Shown: positions 1-9,882 of the stretch, in pieces
How the letters are laid out: each line of letters opens with the position of its first letter
How positions within the stretch are numbered: the first letter of the stretch is position 1
Source of the DNA: an uncultured Candidatus Rokubacteria bacterium
GTDB lineage: Bacteria; Methylomirabilota; Methylomirabilia; Rokubacteriales; DASRDR01
Assembly (NCBI GenBank): GCA_963765195.1
Contig: CAVXVV010000039.1
Span: forward strand, 222,822 to 286,821
Direction of reading: 5' to 3'
DNA length: 64,000 bases
The notes under the pieces: model-generated
Databases searched by the model: none
Told to the model about the DNA's origin: nothing
What the model saw: the letters and a program-made list of their open reading frames with translations, nothing else
Translations under genes and position numbers: made by a program

Positions 1-356
1 CGCTCGAGCTCGCCGGCGGGGCGGATGCGTCCGGGCAGGCCCGAGCGCTCCTGGAGGAGGTCGGGCTCAAGGCGCGCGTGGACCACTATCCGGCCGAGCT
101 CTCGGGCGGCGAGCAGCAGCGCGTCGCGCTCGCGCGAGCGGTGGCGAACCAGCCTCGTCTCCTGCTCGCCGACGAGCCGACGGGCAACCTGGACTCGGCG
201 ACCGGCGCCCAGATCATCGACCTCCTCGCGAGCCTCCACCGCCGTCACGGGACCACGCTGATCCTGGTAACTCACGACCCGGCCCTCGCCGCCCACGCCC
301 AGCGGATCGTCGAGCTGCGCGACGGGCGGGTCGTGGGAGACCGCGCCGCGGCGTGA
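1..356 (+). CDS. ABC transporter ATP-binding protein, C-terminal part (YbbA/LolD-like; gene begins upstream of window)
   Basis: Frame is open to the window edge. ABC signature LSGGEQQR, Walker B LLLADEPT and H-loop LVTHD are present. The stop overlaps the GTG of the next gene (GTGA at 353-356). Confidence 0.9.
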   Translation, partial: LELAGGADASGQARALLEEVGLKARVDHYPAELSGGEQQRVALARAVANQPRLLLADEPTGNLDSATGAQIIDLLASLHRRHGTTLILVTHDPALAAHAQRIVELRDGRVVGDRAAA

Positions 357-2911
357 GGCGACCGGCCTCGGCCGACGCGCCGGGGGCGCCCGCGCTGCCC
401 TGGCGTCTCGTCGCCGGTCTCGCCTGGCGTGAGACCCGTGGCGCCTGGCGACACTTCGTCGGGTTCCTGACGTGCATCGCGCTCGGCGTCGGAGCCCTCG
501 TCGCGGTCCTGAGCGTGGCCGCCTCGCTCGACCACTCGCTCGGACGCGAGGCGCGGGCCCTGCTCGGTGGCGATCTCGAGGTTCGCGGGGCGCGCCCGCT
601 CGACGCCGCGGCGGAGGCGCCGGTCCGCGACCTGGAGCGCCGGGGCGCCGCGGTGACCCGAGTGCGAGAGCTGGTGGCGATGGCCCGGAACCCAGCGCAG
701 GGGAGCACGCTCCTCGTCGAGCTGAAGGCGGTCGAGAGCGGCTATCCGCTCTACGGGCGGCTCGAGACCCGGCCCGGGCAACCGCTCGACGAGCTGCTCG
801 CCGCCGGTGGCGCCGTGGTCGAGGAGGCCGTCCTCGGCCGGCTCGGGCTCGCGCTCGGCGACACGCTCACCATTGGCGACGCGAGCCTCACCGTGACCGC
901 CGTCCTCGGAAAGGAGCCGGATCGCTCGGCGTCGCTCTTCACGCTGGGGCCGCGAGTCCTCATGAGCGCGCCGAGCCTCGAGGCGACCGGCCTGGTCCGA
1001 CTCGGCAGCCGCGTCCGATATCGCACCCTCGTGCGCCTGCCGGCCGAGCTCGAGCCGCGCGTGGCGCGCGGAGCGCTGAGGGAGGCGATGGCCGACCCCG
1101 CCGTGCGCGTCTCGACCTTCAACGAGGCGCAGCCCGGGCTACGCCGCTTCTTCGACCAGCTCACCACCTATCTTCGCCTGGTAGGGGTCACGAGCCTGCT
1201 CGTCGGAGGCATCGGCGTGGCGGCCGCGGTGCGCGCGTTCCTCGCGCGGAAGGTCGCGACGATCGCGATCCTGCGCTGCCTGGGGGCCAGCGCGAGGACG
1301 CTGACGGCCGTCTACCTGGTCCAGGCGCTCGCGCTCGGAGCCCTTGGGAGCCTCGCGGGATCAGTCCTCGGAACGGCGGCCCAGCTCCTGCTCGGGCCGC
1401 TCCTCAGGCCGTTCGTCCCCTTCGAGCTCGAGGCGCGAGTCGCGCCCGTGGCGGTGGCGACCGGGCTCCTGGCCGGGTGCCTGGCGACGCTCCTCTTCGC
1501 GCTCTGGCCGCTCCTCTCGGCCCGCGCGGTTCCGCCGGCGATTCTGCTGCGCCACCCGGTCGACGCGGGCCGCGTGCGGCCCCGCCGGCCGTGGGCGACT
1601 GCCGGCGTCGTGGCCGCCGGGCTGGCCGCGCTCGCGCTCTGGCAGGCGGGCCCGCTGCGTGTCGGCGGCATCTTCCTGGGCGCGGCGGCGGGCGCGCTGC
1701 TGCTTCTCGCCCTCGCCGCGTGGGCGACGCGGCGGCTTGCCGGATGGCTCCCGCGGCCGCGCTCGCTCGCGTGGCGTCACGGCCTCCACGCCCTGACCCG
1801 GCCGGGGAGCCAGACGATCGGCGTGACCGTGGCGCTCGGCATCGGTGTCACGCTCCTCACCGCCGTGGCGCTCCTCGAGCGGGGGCTCACGCGCCAGCTC
1901 GACCTCGAGCGGCGGCGTGAGGCCCCGTCCTTCTTCTTCGTCGACGTGCAGCCGGATCAGGCCGACGCCTTCCGCGAGGCGATCGCGGCGATTCCCGGTG
2001 CGTCTCCGCCGTCGCTCATTCCCGTCGTCCGCGCGCGCCTCAGCGCGATCAACGGCGAGCCGATCACGCGCGCGCACTGGGAGGGCCGCGCCGACGGCTG
2101 GCGCTTCACGCGCGAGTACGCCCTCACGTATGCCACCGACGCGCCCGCGGGCACCGTCGTCACCCGCGGCCGCTGGTGGACCGCCACCGACGGGGGCCGC
2201 GCGTGGATCTCGGTCGAGGCGGAAGCGGCGCAGGCGCTCGGCGTCGACATCGGCGGCAGCCTGACCTTCGACGTCCAGGGCCTGCCGGTGACGGCCGAGG
2301 TGCTGAGCCTCCGCAAGGTGGACTGGCAGACGCTCAGCGCGAACTTCTTCGTGATCTTCTCGCCGGGACCGCTCGACGGGGCGCCGTTCGCGTACCTCGC
2401 GACGGCGCGGGTGCCTCCGGACGCCGACGGCGCCCTGCAGGAGCGCGTGGCCGCCGCCTTCCCGAACATCACCGCGATTCCAGTCCGCGACGTCCTCGAG
2501 CGGGTGACGGGCGTCGTCGATCGCATCGCGGTCGCGGTCCGGCTGGTCGCGCTCTTCGTCCTCGGGGCCGGCTTCACCGTGATGGCCGAGGCCCTCGCCC
2601 AGAGCCGCACGCAGCGGCTCTACGAGTCCGTTCTCCTCCGGGTGCTCGGCGCTTCACGAGGTCGCGTGGCGCGGGCCTTCGCCGTGGAGTACGGCTGCCT
2701 CGGGCTGGTCGCCGGGCTCGGCGGCGCCCTGACGGGGGCGCTGGTCGCGTGGCTCGCGCTCCGCCTCATCCTCGACGTGCATCCCTCGCTGGAGGCGGCG
2801 CCCGTCGGGATCGCGCTCCTGGCCACCGTCGCCCTCGCGGTGGGCGTGGGATTCCTCGGGACCTTCCGGCTCCTCGGCCGGAAGCCCTTGCCGGTCCTCC
2901 GGGGCGAGTAG
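353..2911 (+). CDS. ABC transporter permease, FtsX family with duplicated FtsX domains (YbbP-like, 852 aa)
   Basis: Long ORF with high GC3. It has two blocks of hydrophobic helices separated by large soluble loops. It is translationally coupled to the upstream ABC ATPase. Confidence 0.85.
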   Translation: MRRPASADAPGAPALPWRLVAGLAWRETRGAWRHFVGFLTCIALGVGALVAVLSVAASLDHSLGREARALLGGDLEVRGARPLDAAAEAPVRDLERRGAAVTRVRELVAMARNPAQGSTLLVELKAVESGYPLYGRLETRPGQPLDELLAAGGAVVEEAVLGRLGLALGDTLTIGDASLTVTAVLGKEPDRSASLFTLGPRVLMSAPSLEATGLVRLGSRVRYRTLVRLPAELEPRVARGALREAMADPAVRVSTFNEAQPGLRRFFDQLTTYLRLVGVTSLLVGGIGVAAAVRAFLARKVATIAILRCLGASARTLTAVYLVQALALGALGSLAGSVLGTAAQLLLGPLLRPFVPFELEARVAPVAVATGLLAGCLATLLFALWPLLSARAVPPAILLRHPVDAGRVRPRRPWATAGVVAAGLAALALWQAGPLRVGGIFLGAAAGALLLLALAAWATRRLAGWLPRPRSLAWRHGLHALTRPGSQTIGVTVALGIGVTLLTAVALLERGLTRQLDLERRREAPSFFFVDVQPDQADAFREAIAAIPGASPPSLIPVVRARLSAINGEPITRAHWEGRADGWRFTREYALTYATDAPAGTVVTRGRWWTATDGGRAWISVEAEAAQALGVDIGGSLTFDVQGLPVTAEVLSLRKVDWQTLSANFFVIFSPGPLDGAPFAYLATARVPPDADGALQERVAAAFPNITAIPVRDVLERVTGVVDRIAVAVRLVALFVLGAGFTVMAEALAQSRTQRLYESVLLRVLGASRGRVARAFAVEYGCLGLVAGLGGALTGALVAWLALRLILDVHPSLEAAPVGIALLATVALAVGVGFLGTFRLLGRKPLPVLRGE

Positions 2912-3018
2912 CCCGGGCCGGTCCCCCGGCGCCACTCGGCCCGGGGTATGATTGGCCTGGAAGCGGGACGGGCCCGCGTCGGGAGCTGCCTGGTCCGGAA
3001 TCGCGCCCAAGGAGCCCG

Positions 3019-3558
3019 ATGACTATCGTCCACGTGCGGATCGCCTGCGCCGAGGACTATGTCGCCCGCCGGGCGCCTGTCCGCCAGGCCCACATCGAGC
3101 GGCTCTTCCGCCTGCGCGCGGCTGGCACCCTCGTCGCCGGCGGTCCCGACCCGGCCGGCCGAATCGCGGAGCTCTTCTACCGCGTGCCCGACCTCGAGAC
3201 GCTGCGGGCGCTCATCGAGGAGGATCCCTACTACCGAGCTGGCGCGTGGACCGGCTACACACCGCGGAACTTCGAGACGTTCGTCGAGCCCTGGGAGCCC
3301 GAGCCGCCGGTGGTCCTCGACGGATCCCGGGCCGCGCTCGTCGTCGAAGGGCCCACGGCCGACCGCGACATGGCGCAGCTGGCGCTGGTGGAACTGCGAG
3401 GCGCAGGCCGCGTCGCCTTCGGCGGCTTCCTGCCGGACGGCACCACGGTGGCCGTCGCGCGGACGACCGACGCCGACGAGGCCGCCGGCTGGCTCGCCGA
3501 GACCGGGTCCTGGAAAGCCGGCGATCTCGTCACCCGCGCGTGGCTCTATGTCATCTGA
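3019..3558 (+). CDS. YciI-like protein (apparently two tandem YciI-like halves, 179 aa)
   Basis: ATG at 3019 is preceded by GGAG. The sequence MTIVHVRIA...DPYYRAGAW resembles the YciI fold family. The longer ORF from 2176 is an off-frame extension over the upstream permease. Confidence 0.7.
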   Translation: MTIVHVRIACAEDYVARRAPVRQAHIERLFRLRAAGTLVAGGPDPAGRIAELFYRVPDLETLRALIEEDPYYRAGAWTGYTPRNFETFVEPWEPEPPVVLDGSRAALVVEGPTADRDMAQLALVELRGAGRVAFGGFLPDGTTVAVARTTDADEAAGWLAETGSWKAGDLVTRAWLYVI

Positions 3559-3577
3559 CCCCCCGAGGAGCCCTGCC

Positions 3578-4510
3578 ATGACCATGACCAAGGTCGAACG
3601 TGTCCGAGCCGCGCTGGCGGGAACGGACGTCGACCGGCCGCCGTTCACTGTCTGGTACCACTTCGGGCTCCAGCACGCGCCGGCGGAGCGCACGGCCCAG
3701 GTCCACGTCGAGTTCTTCGAGGCCTACAACCTCGACTGGCTCAAGGTCATGAACGACTACTCCTATCCGATGCCCCGCGGCATCGAGACCCTGAGCGACG
3801 CGCGCGACCTGAAGCGCATCATCGCCTTCGACGTCCGGCAGGGCTCGCTCGGAGAGCAGCTGGAGACGATCCGCCTGATCGGGCAGTCGCTCCGCGGCAA
3901 GGCGCTGGTCGTGGACACGGTCTTCAACGCGTGGAACACGCTGAAGCGGAACGTCCTCAAGGAGGCGATGGGGCCGCTCATGGAAGAGCACCCCGCCGAG
4001 CTCGAGGCCGCGCTGGCGGTGGTCAACGACAACCTGATCCGCTACGCGATCGCGAGCCTCCACGGCGGCGCCTCCGGCATCTTCTTCTCCGTGCCGGCGA
4101 CGCCCGAGTCCTTGACCGGGGAGCAGTACGAGCGGTTCATGCGGCCGTTCGACCTCGCCTTCCTCGAGGCGATCCGCCCCTTCGGGGAGTTCCACGTGCT
4201 CCACGCCCACGGCAAGGAGCTCTATCTGGACCGCCTCCAGGAGTACCCGGTGCACGCGATCTCCTGGGCGGACCGGGAGGCCGGGCCGCCGCTCGCGCTC
4301 ATGCGGCGGATCACCCCGCGGGCGCTGATGGGCGGCATCGACCACGGGTCGTTCCCCTACACGTCGGCCGCGAAGATCCGCGAGCAGATCCGCACGGCCA
4401 TCGCGGAGGCCGGCCCTCGGAAGCTCTTCATCGCACCCGGCTGCGCGATCCCGAGCTACAGCTTCCCGGAGCTGATCAGGGCGGCGCGGGCCGAGGTGGG
4501 CAAGGACTGA
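3578..4510 (+). CDS. Uroporphyrinogen decarboxylase (URO-D) family protein
   Basis: ATG at 3578 lies 20 nt after the YciI stop. The 310-aa product has URO-D-like layout (PPFTVWYHFG..., FFSVPAT, HVLHAHG, IAPGCAIP). Confidence 0.75.
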   Translation: MTMTKVERVRAALAGTDVDRPPFTVWYHFGLQHAPAERTAQVHVEFFEAYNLDWLKVMNDYSYPMPRGIETLSDARDLKRIIAFDVRQGSLGEQLETIRLIGQSLRGKALVVDTVFNAWNTLKRNVLKEAMGPLMEEHPAELEAALAVVNDNLIRYAIASLHGGASGIFFSVPATPESLTGEQYERFMRPFDLAFLEAIRPFGEFHVLHAHGKELYLDRLQEYPVHAISWADREAGPPLALMRRITPRALMGGIDHGSFPYTSAAKIREQIRTAIAEAGPRKLFIAPGCAIPSYSFPELIRAARAEVGKD

Positions 4511-4804
4511 TCGCCGGCCGACCACGTTGACGGCGCGTCCGGGGGACCTTCTCCGCGCGTCCGCTACCGGTTCACCCAGGTGATCTCGATCCTCGGCGTC
4601 GTCCAGCAGGGCCTCGGGGTCTCGATCGCGCCGCGGCTCGCGCTCCCCGACCAGTTTCCTGGCGTGGTATACCGCCCGCTCGAGCCGCAAGCGCCGCGGC
4701 GCGTAGCGCTCGCCATGCGGGACATCGCGGAGCTGAGCCCGGTCGCCCGCGCGTTCGTCGAGCTGGCGGAGCGGTGGGCGAAGCGTCGCCGCCCCGCGCG
4801 CTGA
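4511..4804 (+). pseudogene. LysR-family regulator remnant (C-terminal ~90 codons of the effector-binding domain only)
   Basis: The frame opens directly after the URO-D stop codon. The translation ...RFTQVISILGVVQQGLGVSIAPRLAL...VALAMRD...PVARAFVELA matches the C-terminal part of LysR substrate-binding domains. There is no HTH domain and no plausible full-length start. Confidence 0.6.
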
Positions 4805-4837
4805 GCCGCCAGCGGGACCGCCCCGCACGCGCTCTGC

Positions 4838-5776
4838 ATGATGAGCGGGGTCCGCGTGCTAGAGTCGGGCGCCGTGGAGCCATCCGGACTGAGCACGGGG
4901 TTCGGGATGGTCGCCTCGCTCGTCGCCGCGCTGGCCTGGACCCTGGTCTCGCTCGTCGCCCGCGACCTGACGGCCCAGTTCCCGAGCCTCTCGCTCAACA
5001 TCATCCGGTCGGCCGGTGCGAGCGTGATCCTGGTCCCGGTGGCGCTCCTGTTCGGCGACCTCACGGGGCTCCCCCACGTGAGCCTCTTCGCGTGGGTCTG
5101 CCTCGTGCTGAGCGTCCTGACCGCGCTCGGGATCGGCGACACCGCGTTCTTCGAAAGCACGAAGTCCCTCGGCCTGGCACGGGCCATGACGATCTCCACC
5201 GCGGGGTATCCCCTCGTCGCCGGCGGACTCGCGCTCTGGTGGTTCGACGAGCGGATCACCGTGCCCCTGGCGGCCGGCTCGATCGTGGCGCTCGGCGGAC
5301 TCGTCCTCATCGTGAGCGAGCGCGAGAGCGGGGGCGCGGTGCCGAACTCCACCGAGGGCCGGCGCCAGGGACTCCGCCTCGCCGTCGTCGCGGCGCTCGC
5401 CTGGGCGGTGAGCGCCGCGCTGATGAAGCCGCCCGTCCGTGAGATCGACCCCCTGGCCATCCAGGCCGTGCGCCTGCCGCTCAGCACGCTTCTTCTGTGG
5501 GCGACGCCGTGGGCGCGGGGCACCGCGCGCGGGCTCTGGGCCCAGCGCCGCGTGGTCGGCCGGCGCATCGCCGTCCTCAGCGCCCTCACCGCGCTCAGCG
5601 CCGTCACCTTCCTGGCGGGCCTCAAGTACGCGGGCGTCACCATGGGCACCGTCCTCTCGTCGGCCTCGCCGCTGTTCGCGCTGCCGATCGGGTTCCTCGC
5701 CGGCGAGCGGGTGACCTGGCGCGCGGCCACCGGCGCCGCGCTCACGGTGGCCGGCATCGCCATCCTGAGCCGCTGA
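4838..5776 (+). CDS. EamA/DMT-superfamily transporter
   Basis: 312-aa ORF with about 10 hydrophobic helices in two similar halves, and typical DMT composition. The start is uncertain; an internal Met is possible. Confidence 0.8.
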   Translation: MMSGVRVLESGAVEPSGLSTGFGMVASLVAALAWTLVSLVARDLTAQFPSLSLNIIRSAGASVILVPVALLFGDLTGLPHVSLFAWVCLVLSVLTALGIGDTAFFESTKSLGLARAMTISTAGYPLVAGGLALWWFDERITVPLAAGSIVALGGLVLIVSERESGGAVPNSTEGRRQGLRLAVVAALAWAVSAALMKPPVREIDPLAIQAVRLPLSTLLLWATPWARGTARGLWAQRRVVGRRIAVLSALTALSAVTFLAGLKYAGVTMGTVLSSASPLFALPIGFLAGERVTWRAATGAALTVAGIAILSR

Positions 5777-5938
5777 CCGCGCCGATGCCGGCGTGCGCAA
5801 CGCCCGTGAACCGCCGCGCTGGATCCACGACGCGGGCCTTTCGCGCCTCGCCATGGGCAAGGTCCTGGCGGACGTGCGCTGTATGATGACCCCGTCGCAT
5901 CGCGTCTCGACGGACGCGCCACGAAGAGGAGCCGACGC

Positions 5939-6958
5939 ATGCCGACCATGAAGGTCATGCAGATCCAGGACAGCTGGAGCCCGGACAACATCCGGCTCGC
6001 GGAGCGGCCAACCCCCGAGGCCCGCCCCGGCGAGGTGCTGCTCCGCATGGAGGCCGCGTCGCTCAACTACCGGGACTACGTGATGGCGCGCGGCGGGTAC
6101 GGGCGTCGCGGCGGCGCGCTGCCGCTGGTGCCGTGCTCGGACGGGGCCGGCCGGGTGATCGCGGTCGGCCCCGGCGTGTCCCGCGTGGCCGTGGGCGATC
6201 TCGCCTGCCCGATCTTCGCCCAGACGTGGGCGAGCGGTCCGTTCCGCGAGTCCCACTGGGCCGGGACCCTCGGCGGCCCGCGCGACGGCGTCCTGCAGGA
6301 GTTCATGGCGCTCAGCCAGGAAGGCGTGGTCCGCGCTCCCCGCCACCTGGACGCGGTGCAGGCGGCAACCCTTCCCTGTGCGGCCGTCACCGCCTGGAAC
6401 GCGCTGGTCACCCAGGGCGGGATCAAGGCGGGCGACGTCGTCCTCGTCCAGGGAACGGGCGGCGTCTCGCTCTTCGCGCTCCTGTTCGCCAAGATGCACG
6501 GCGCCCGCGTCTTGGCGACCTCGTCGAGCGACGAGAAGCTCGAGCGCGTGCGCGCGATGGGCGCGGACCACGTCGCCAACTACAAGACCAACCCCGACTG
6601 GCACAAGGTGGCGCGGGAGGTCACGAACGGAACGGGCGTGGACCTGGTGGTCGAGGTGGCCGGTACGCTGGACGCCTCGGTGCGCGCCGTGCGCACCAGC
6701 GGCACGGTGGCGCTGATCGGCGTCCTCGCCGGGGCCGCGGCGCAGCTCAACCTGGGGCCGGTGGTCACGCAGAACATCCGTCTTCAAGGCGTGACCGTCG
6801 GCAGCCGCGAGACGTTCGAGGAGATGGTCCGCGCGATGGAGATCCATCGGACGGAGCCGCCCGTCGACGAGCGGCTCTTCGCCTTCGAAGCCGCGGGCGA
6901 GGCCATCAAGGCCCTGCCCACCGGCCAGCACTTCGGCAAGGTCTGCAGCCGATTCTGA
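5939..6958 (+). CDS. NAD(P)H:quinone oxidoreductase / zinc-type alcohol dehydrogenase family (MDR) protein
   Basis: N-terminal GroES-like segment (PGEVLLRMEAASLNYRD) and Rossmann motif VLVQGTGGVSLFA. AGGAG lies upstream of the ATG. Confidence 0.9.
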   Translation: MPTMKVMQIQDSWSPDNIRLAERPTPEARPGEVLLRMEAASLNYRDYVMARGGYGRRGGALPLVPCSDGAGRVIAVGPGVSRVAVGDLACPIFAQTWASGPFRESHWAGTLGGPRDGVLQEFMALSQEGVVRAPRHLDAVQAATLPCAAVTAWNALVTQGGIKAGDVVLVQGTGGVSLFALLFAKMHGARVLATSSSDEKLERVRAMGADHVANYKTNPDWHKVAREVTNGTGVDLVVEVAGTLDASVRAVRTSGTVALIGVLAGAAAQLNLGPVVTQNIRLQGVTVGSRETFEEMVRAMEIHRTEPPVDERLFAFEAAGEAIKALPTGQHFGKVCSRF

Positions 6959-7348
6959 GGGCGGAGCCTCGCCGCGAGGCCGGCGGGCCGCGGCACGTGC
7001 CGTAGCCGGCCGGCGCTATCGTCTCCCCGAGCCGTTAGGTCACCGTCGGGTCCCCATCGTCATTTCCTCGAGGAAGCCGGGCAGGACCGGCCCACCGTTC
7101 TGGCCGGTGGCCAGGATCTTACGGCCCGTCGCGAACGTGTGGTGTCGGGCCGGGCCGCGTGCAGGTGCGACGCGCCGAGCGCCGCGCAGATCAGGAGAGC
7201 GGCCCAAGCACAGATGCGCGGGACCGCGAACGCCGACACGAGAATCACGCCGCCGCGGCAGGGCGGTGCGTTTCAGGAGGAGGTCAGGCGGGGCGTGCGC
7301 CCGAGCCGTTCGGGGTCGGACCGAACAGGCTCGCGCGACGCCGCGGAA

Positions 7349-7741
7349 TCAGGCGGCGGGACGGAGCGTGCCGAGCGGGCTTTCGACGGTGATGCGGACC
7401 GGGCGCGGAGCGGCCAAGGGGCCGTCCACGTGCCCGTCCACCTCGAGCCGCACCCACGCCGGCAGGTCCCGCCGGAGGCGGGCCGTCATCTCCCACACCT
7501 GCGAGGCGCGGGCCCTTCCGAGGTCGAGCCGCACCGTCGCGCGGCGCGAGAGCAGCGCGCACCACACGCCCAGCGCCACGTCACTCCTCAGCGCCTCGGC
7601 CGGAAGCTGGGTCGCGACCTCGTGAAACAGGGCCTGCTCCCGGCGGTCCCGCCGGTTCTGAAGGACCGCCAGCAGCGCGACCGGCCCGACCCCCACGACG
7701 CACGCCACGATCAGCGAGAGCACGTTGGTCAGGACCGTCAT
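7349..7741 (-). CDS. Hypothetical protein with one N-terminal TM helix (130 aa)
   Basis: High GC3. GGGAGG lies 6 nt upstream of the ATG. The gene sits 11 nt downstream of the preceding small gene. I recognise no family. Confidence 0.55.
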   Translation of the reverse strand: MTVLTNVLSLIVACVVGVGPVALLAVLQNRRDRREQALFHEVATQLPAEALRSDVALGVWCALLSRRATVRLDLGRARASQVWEMTARLRRDLPAWVRLEVDGHVDGPLAAPRPVRITVESPLGTLRPAA

Positions 7742-7752
7742 CAGCGCCTCCC

Positions 7753-7965
7753 TCAGGCCAGGCGGCGGCGGGCCGGGGCGTAGCCCCGCCCGTGCCGGAG
7801 TAGCGCCCGTCCGGCCTGGATCAGCGCCATGCCGACCCGCTCGCGAAGCGAGTGGCGGCGGTCCGATTCCACGCCGTGGAACGCGGCACGTCGAAGAGCG
7901 AGCGCCCGGAGCTCACGCTCCCGCTCGCGGATGAGGACGTCTACCATCACACTGGACTCGATCAT
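7753..7965 (-). CDS. Hypothetical small protein (70 aa)
   Basis: ATG at 7965 is preceded by a strong SD (AAGGAGGTAGTCGAG-ATG). Charged helical N-terminus (RERERELRAL) with a more hydrophobic C-terminal stretch (RVGMALIQAGRALL). The longer 124-aa ORF start is less likely. Confidence 0.55.
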   Translation of the reverse strand: MIESSVMVDVLIRERERELRALALRRAAFHGVESDRRHSLRERVGMALIQAGRALLRHGRGYAPARRRLA

Positions 7966-8013
7966 CTCGACTACCTCCTTGACGGCGAGAGTATGGTATC
8001 CTCCGATCAGTGG

Positions 8014-8036
8014 CAATATCCAATACACAATATTGG
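8014..8036. promoter_or_regulatory. Candidate operator: CAATAT direct repeat overlapping the inverted repeat CCAATA-N5-TATTGG, in an AT-rich divergent intergenic region
   Basis: Read directly: caatatCCAATAcacaaTATTGG. It lies in the only AT-rich stretch between the divergent small-gene operon and the MocR regulator gene. Confidence 0.35.
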
Positions 8037-8134
8037 ACTTAATGGTGGCAGCCAGAGAATCAGAGCTGGCAGAGGCCAAAGGGCCCTCGCCCATGGATCC
8101 AGAGAGGGGACCCACCCAATGACACAATCACGTA

Positions 8135-9622
8135 ATGAGCCATTTATTGGGCAGTCTCGATCCAAGCTCAGGGGAGGCGCTCTACCTCCAGCTGGCTCAC
8201 GCCATCGAGGAAGCTCTCAAGGCTGGACGGCTCCATGTCGGAGATCGGCTCCCAGCAGAACGAGAATTGGCCTTAGAGCTAGGCGTCAGCCGAACGACGG
8301 TAACGGGGGCCTACCAGGAGCTCCAGGCCCGCGGCATCCTCAGAGGTCACGTCGGCCGGGGCACCATCGTGGTCGGAACGCCGCCCGACGCCCGCCACGC
8401 GGCGCTGCCCTGGGCGCAGCGCATCGCGCCCGGGGCGATCCAGGGCATGCAGGTCGCGTTCGCCCAGCCGGAGGGGGCCGACGTGATCGGGTTCGGCGTG
8501 GGCCTCCCCGATCCCCGCCTCTATCCGATCGAGACGCTCGACGCGCTCCTCGATACCCTGCCCCGCGGGGATGGCAGTCTCTACAATCCCGCGCCCGCCT
8601 GGGGGGACCCCGTGCTGAGGGAGACGCTCTCGGGCTGGCTTCGCTCTCGCGGCATTCGCGCGGCGCCCGAGGAGATCCTCGTGACCACCGGCGGCCAGCA
8701 AGGGCTGAACGTCCTGTCCCGCGCCTTCATCACGCCCGGCGATGTCGTCCTCACCGAGAACCCGACCTACCCCGGCGCCTTCCTCACCTTCCGGTGGGCC
8801 GGCGCGGACGTCGTCGGCATTCCGGTCGATCACGATGGCGTGCGCGTCGAGGCGCTGGAGGAAGCGCTCGCCCGCTACAGGCCCAAGCTCATCTATCTGA
8901 TCCCGGCGTTCCAGAATCCCACGGGCGCGGTGCTGACGGCCGAGCGCCGGCGCCGCGTCCTCGACCTCGCCCTCCAGTACCGTGTGCCGGTGGTGGAGAG
9001 CGATCTCTACGGCGATCTCTACTTCGAGCAGGAGCCGCCCGCGGGGCTCAAGGCCCAGGACGGGGCCGGCGTCGTGATCTACCAGGGCGGCGGCTCGAAG
9101 CTGGGCCTCCCCGGCCTCCGGGTCGGCTGGCTCGTGGCGCCGATCCCGGCCATGGCTGCGCTCACCGTCGCCAAGACCTTCGAGGACCTCCACACCGCGG
9201 CGCTCACGCAGCGGCTGGCCGCGGCGTTCATCGGCAGCCCGCACGCCGAGCGCCACCTCGCCCGGCTGCGCATCGAGTGTCGGGTCCGTCGGGACGCGCT
9301 GGTCGGCGCGCTCCGCCAGCACTGCCCGCGACTCCGCTTCCGCGTGCCTGCGGGCTCGTACTACCTCTGGGCCACCCTACCCGCCCCGCTCACCGTGGAG
9401 ACGCTCCTGCCCGTCGCGCTCGAGCACGGCGTCGGGGTGAGGTCCGGCACGGCGTTCAGCCCGAACGGCGGCGGGCTCGATCACATCCGTCTCTGCTACG
9501 CGGCGCTCCCGCCCGACCGGATCGTGGAGGGCGCCCGACGGCTCGGGGAAGCGATCGAGCAGGTTCTGGCGCGGCGCAGCACCGCGCCCGCGTCACGGCC
9601 CGTTTCGGCCGGAGTCGTCTGA
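8135..9622 (+). CDS. MocR/PdxR-type transcriptional regulator (GntR wHTH fused to a class-I aminotransferase-like domain)
   Basis: N-terminal GntR HTH (LPAERELALELGVSRTTVTGAYQELQARG) followed by a ~350-aa aminotransferase-fold domain. 495 aa in total. Confidence 0.9.
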   Translation: MSHLLGSLDPSSGEALYLQLAHAIEEALKAGRLHVGDRLPAERELALELGVSRTTVTGAYQELQARGILRGHVGRGTIVVGTPPDARHAALPWAQRIAPGAIQGMQVAFAQPEGADVIGFGVGLPDPRLYPIETLDALLDTLPRGDGSLYNPAPAWGDPVLRETLSGWLRSRGIRAAPEEILVTTGGQQGLNVLSRAFITPGDVVLTENPTYPGAFLTFRWAGADVVGIPVDHDGVRVEALEEALARYRPKLIYLIPAFQNPTGAVLTAERRRRVLDLALQYRVPVVESDLYGDLYFEQEPPAGLKAQDGAGVVIYQGGGSKLGLPGLRVGWLVAPIPAMAALTVAKTFEDLHTAALTQRLAAAFIGSPHAERHLARLRIECRVRRDALVGALRQHCPRLRFRVPAGSYYLWATLPAPLTVETLLPVALEHGVGVRSGTAFSPNGGGLDHIRLCYAALPPDRIVEGARRLGEAIEQVLARRSTAPASRPVSAGVV

Positions 9623-9882
9623 GCCGGATGAAGCAGCGCGTCAGCGCGAGGCCCGGCTAGCCGCGAGCGCCGCCGCCGGCGTGCAGAGACTCGCCGCCCG
9701 CGAGGCGCGCCAGTCGCGCCAGGTTCTGGCCCACGTTGCGGAGCTGCCGTCCTCGGAGCCCGACATCCGATCGGACGGTCAGCACGAGGAGCGGCAGGCC
9801 GGTGCGGGCCAGGGCCTGATCGAGCAGGCCCTCGAACAACAGCGGACCGAGCGCCGGGTTCAGAACGAGCGTCGCGGGAGCC

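Noticed and set aside
4564-6931. Very long ORFs antisense to, or out of frame with, recognised genes. Examples are 4564..6066 and 4859..6931; likewise 9860..10903, 11252..12538, 25451..27748, 26506..28767, 36441..38525, 37721..39745 (5' part), 44292..46580, 55875..57659 and 20156..23302 (5' part).
   Set aside because: Their translations are dominated by Arg/Gly/Pro/Asp/His runs with no motifs. Each is fully shadowed by a gene with clear family motifs and better third-position G/C bias. Such stop-free shadow frames are expected in ~70% GC DNA.
7060-7248. 62-aa minus-strand ORF with a signal-peptide-like N-terminus (VILVSAFAVPRICAWAALLICAALGASHLHAA). A more protein-like continuation in a shifted frame reads HHTFATGRKILATGQNGGPVLPGFLEEM.
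   Set aside because: It has a GTG start without SD, the mature part is Arg-rich nonsense in frame, and I recognise no family. It could be one more remnant of an exported protein gene, but the evidence is too thin to call.
8011-8070. Three TGGCA pentamers in the MocR control region as possible sigma-54 (-24) elements.
   Set aside because: None is followed at the correct spacing by a TTGC -12 element.
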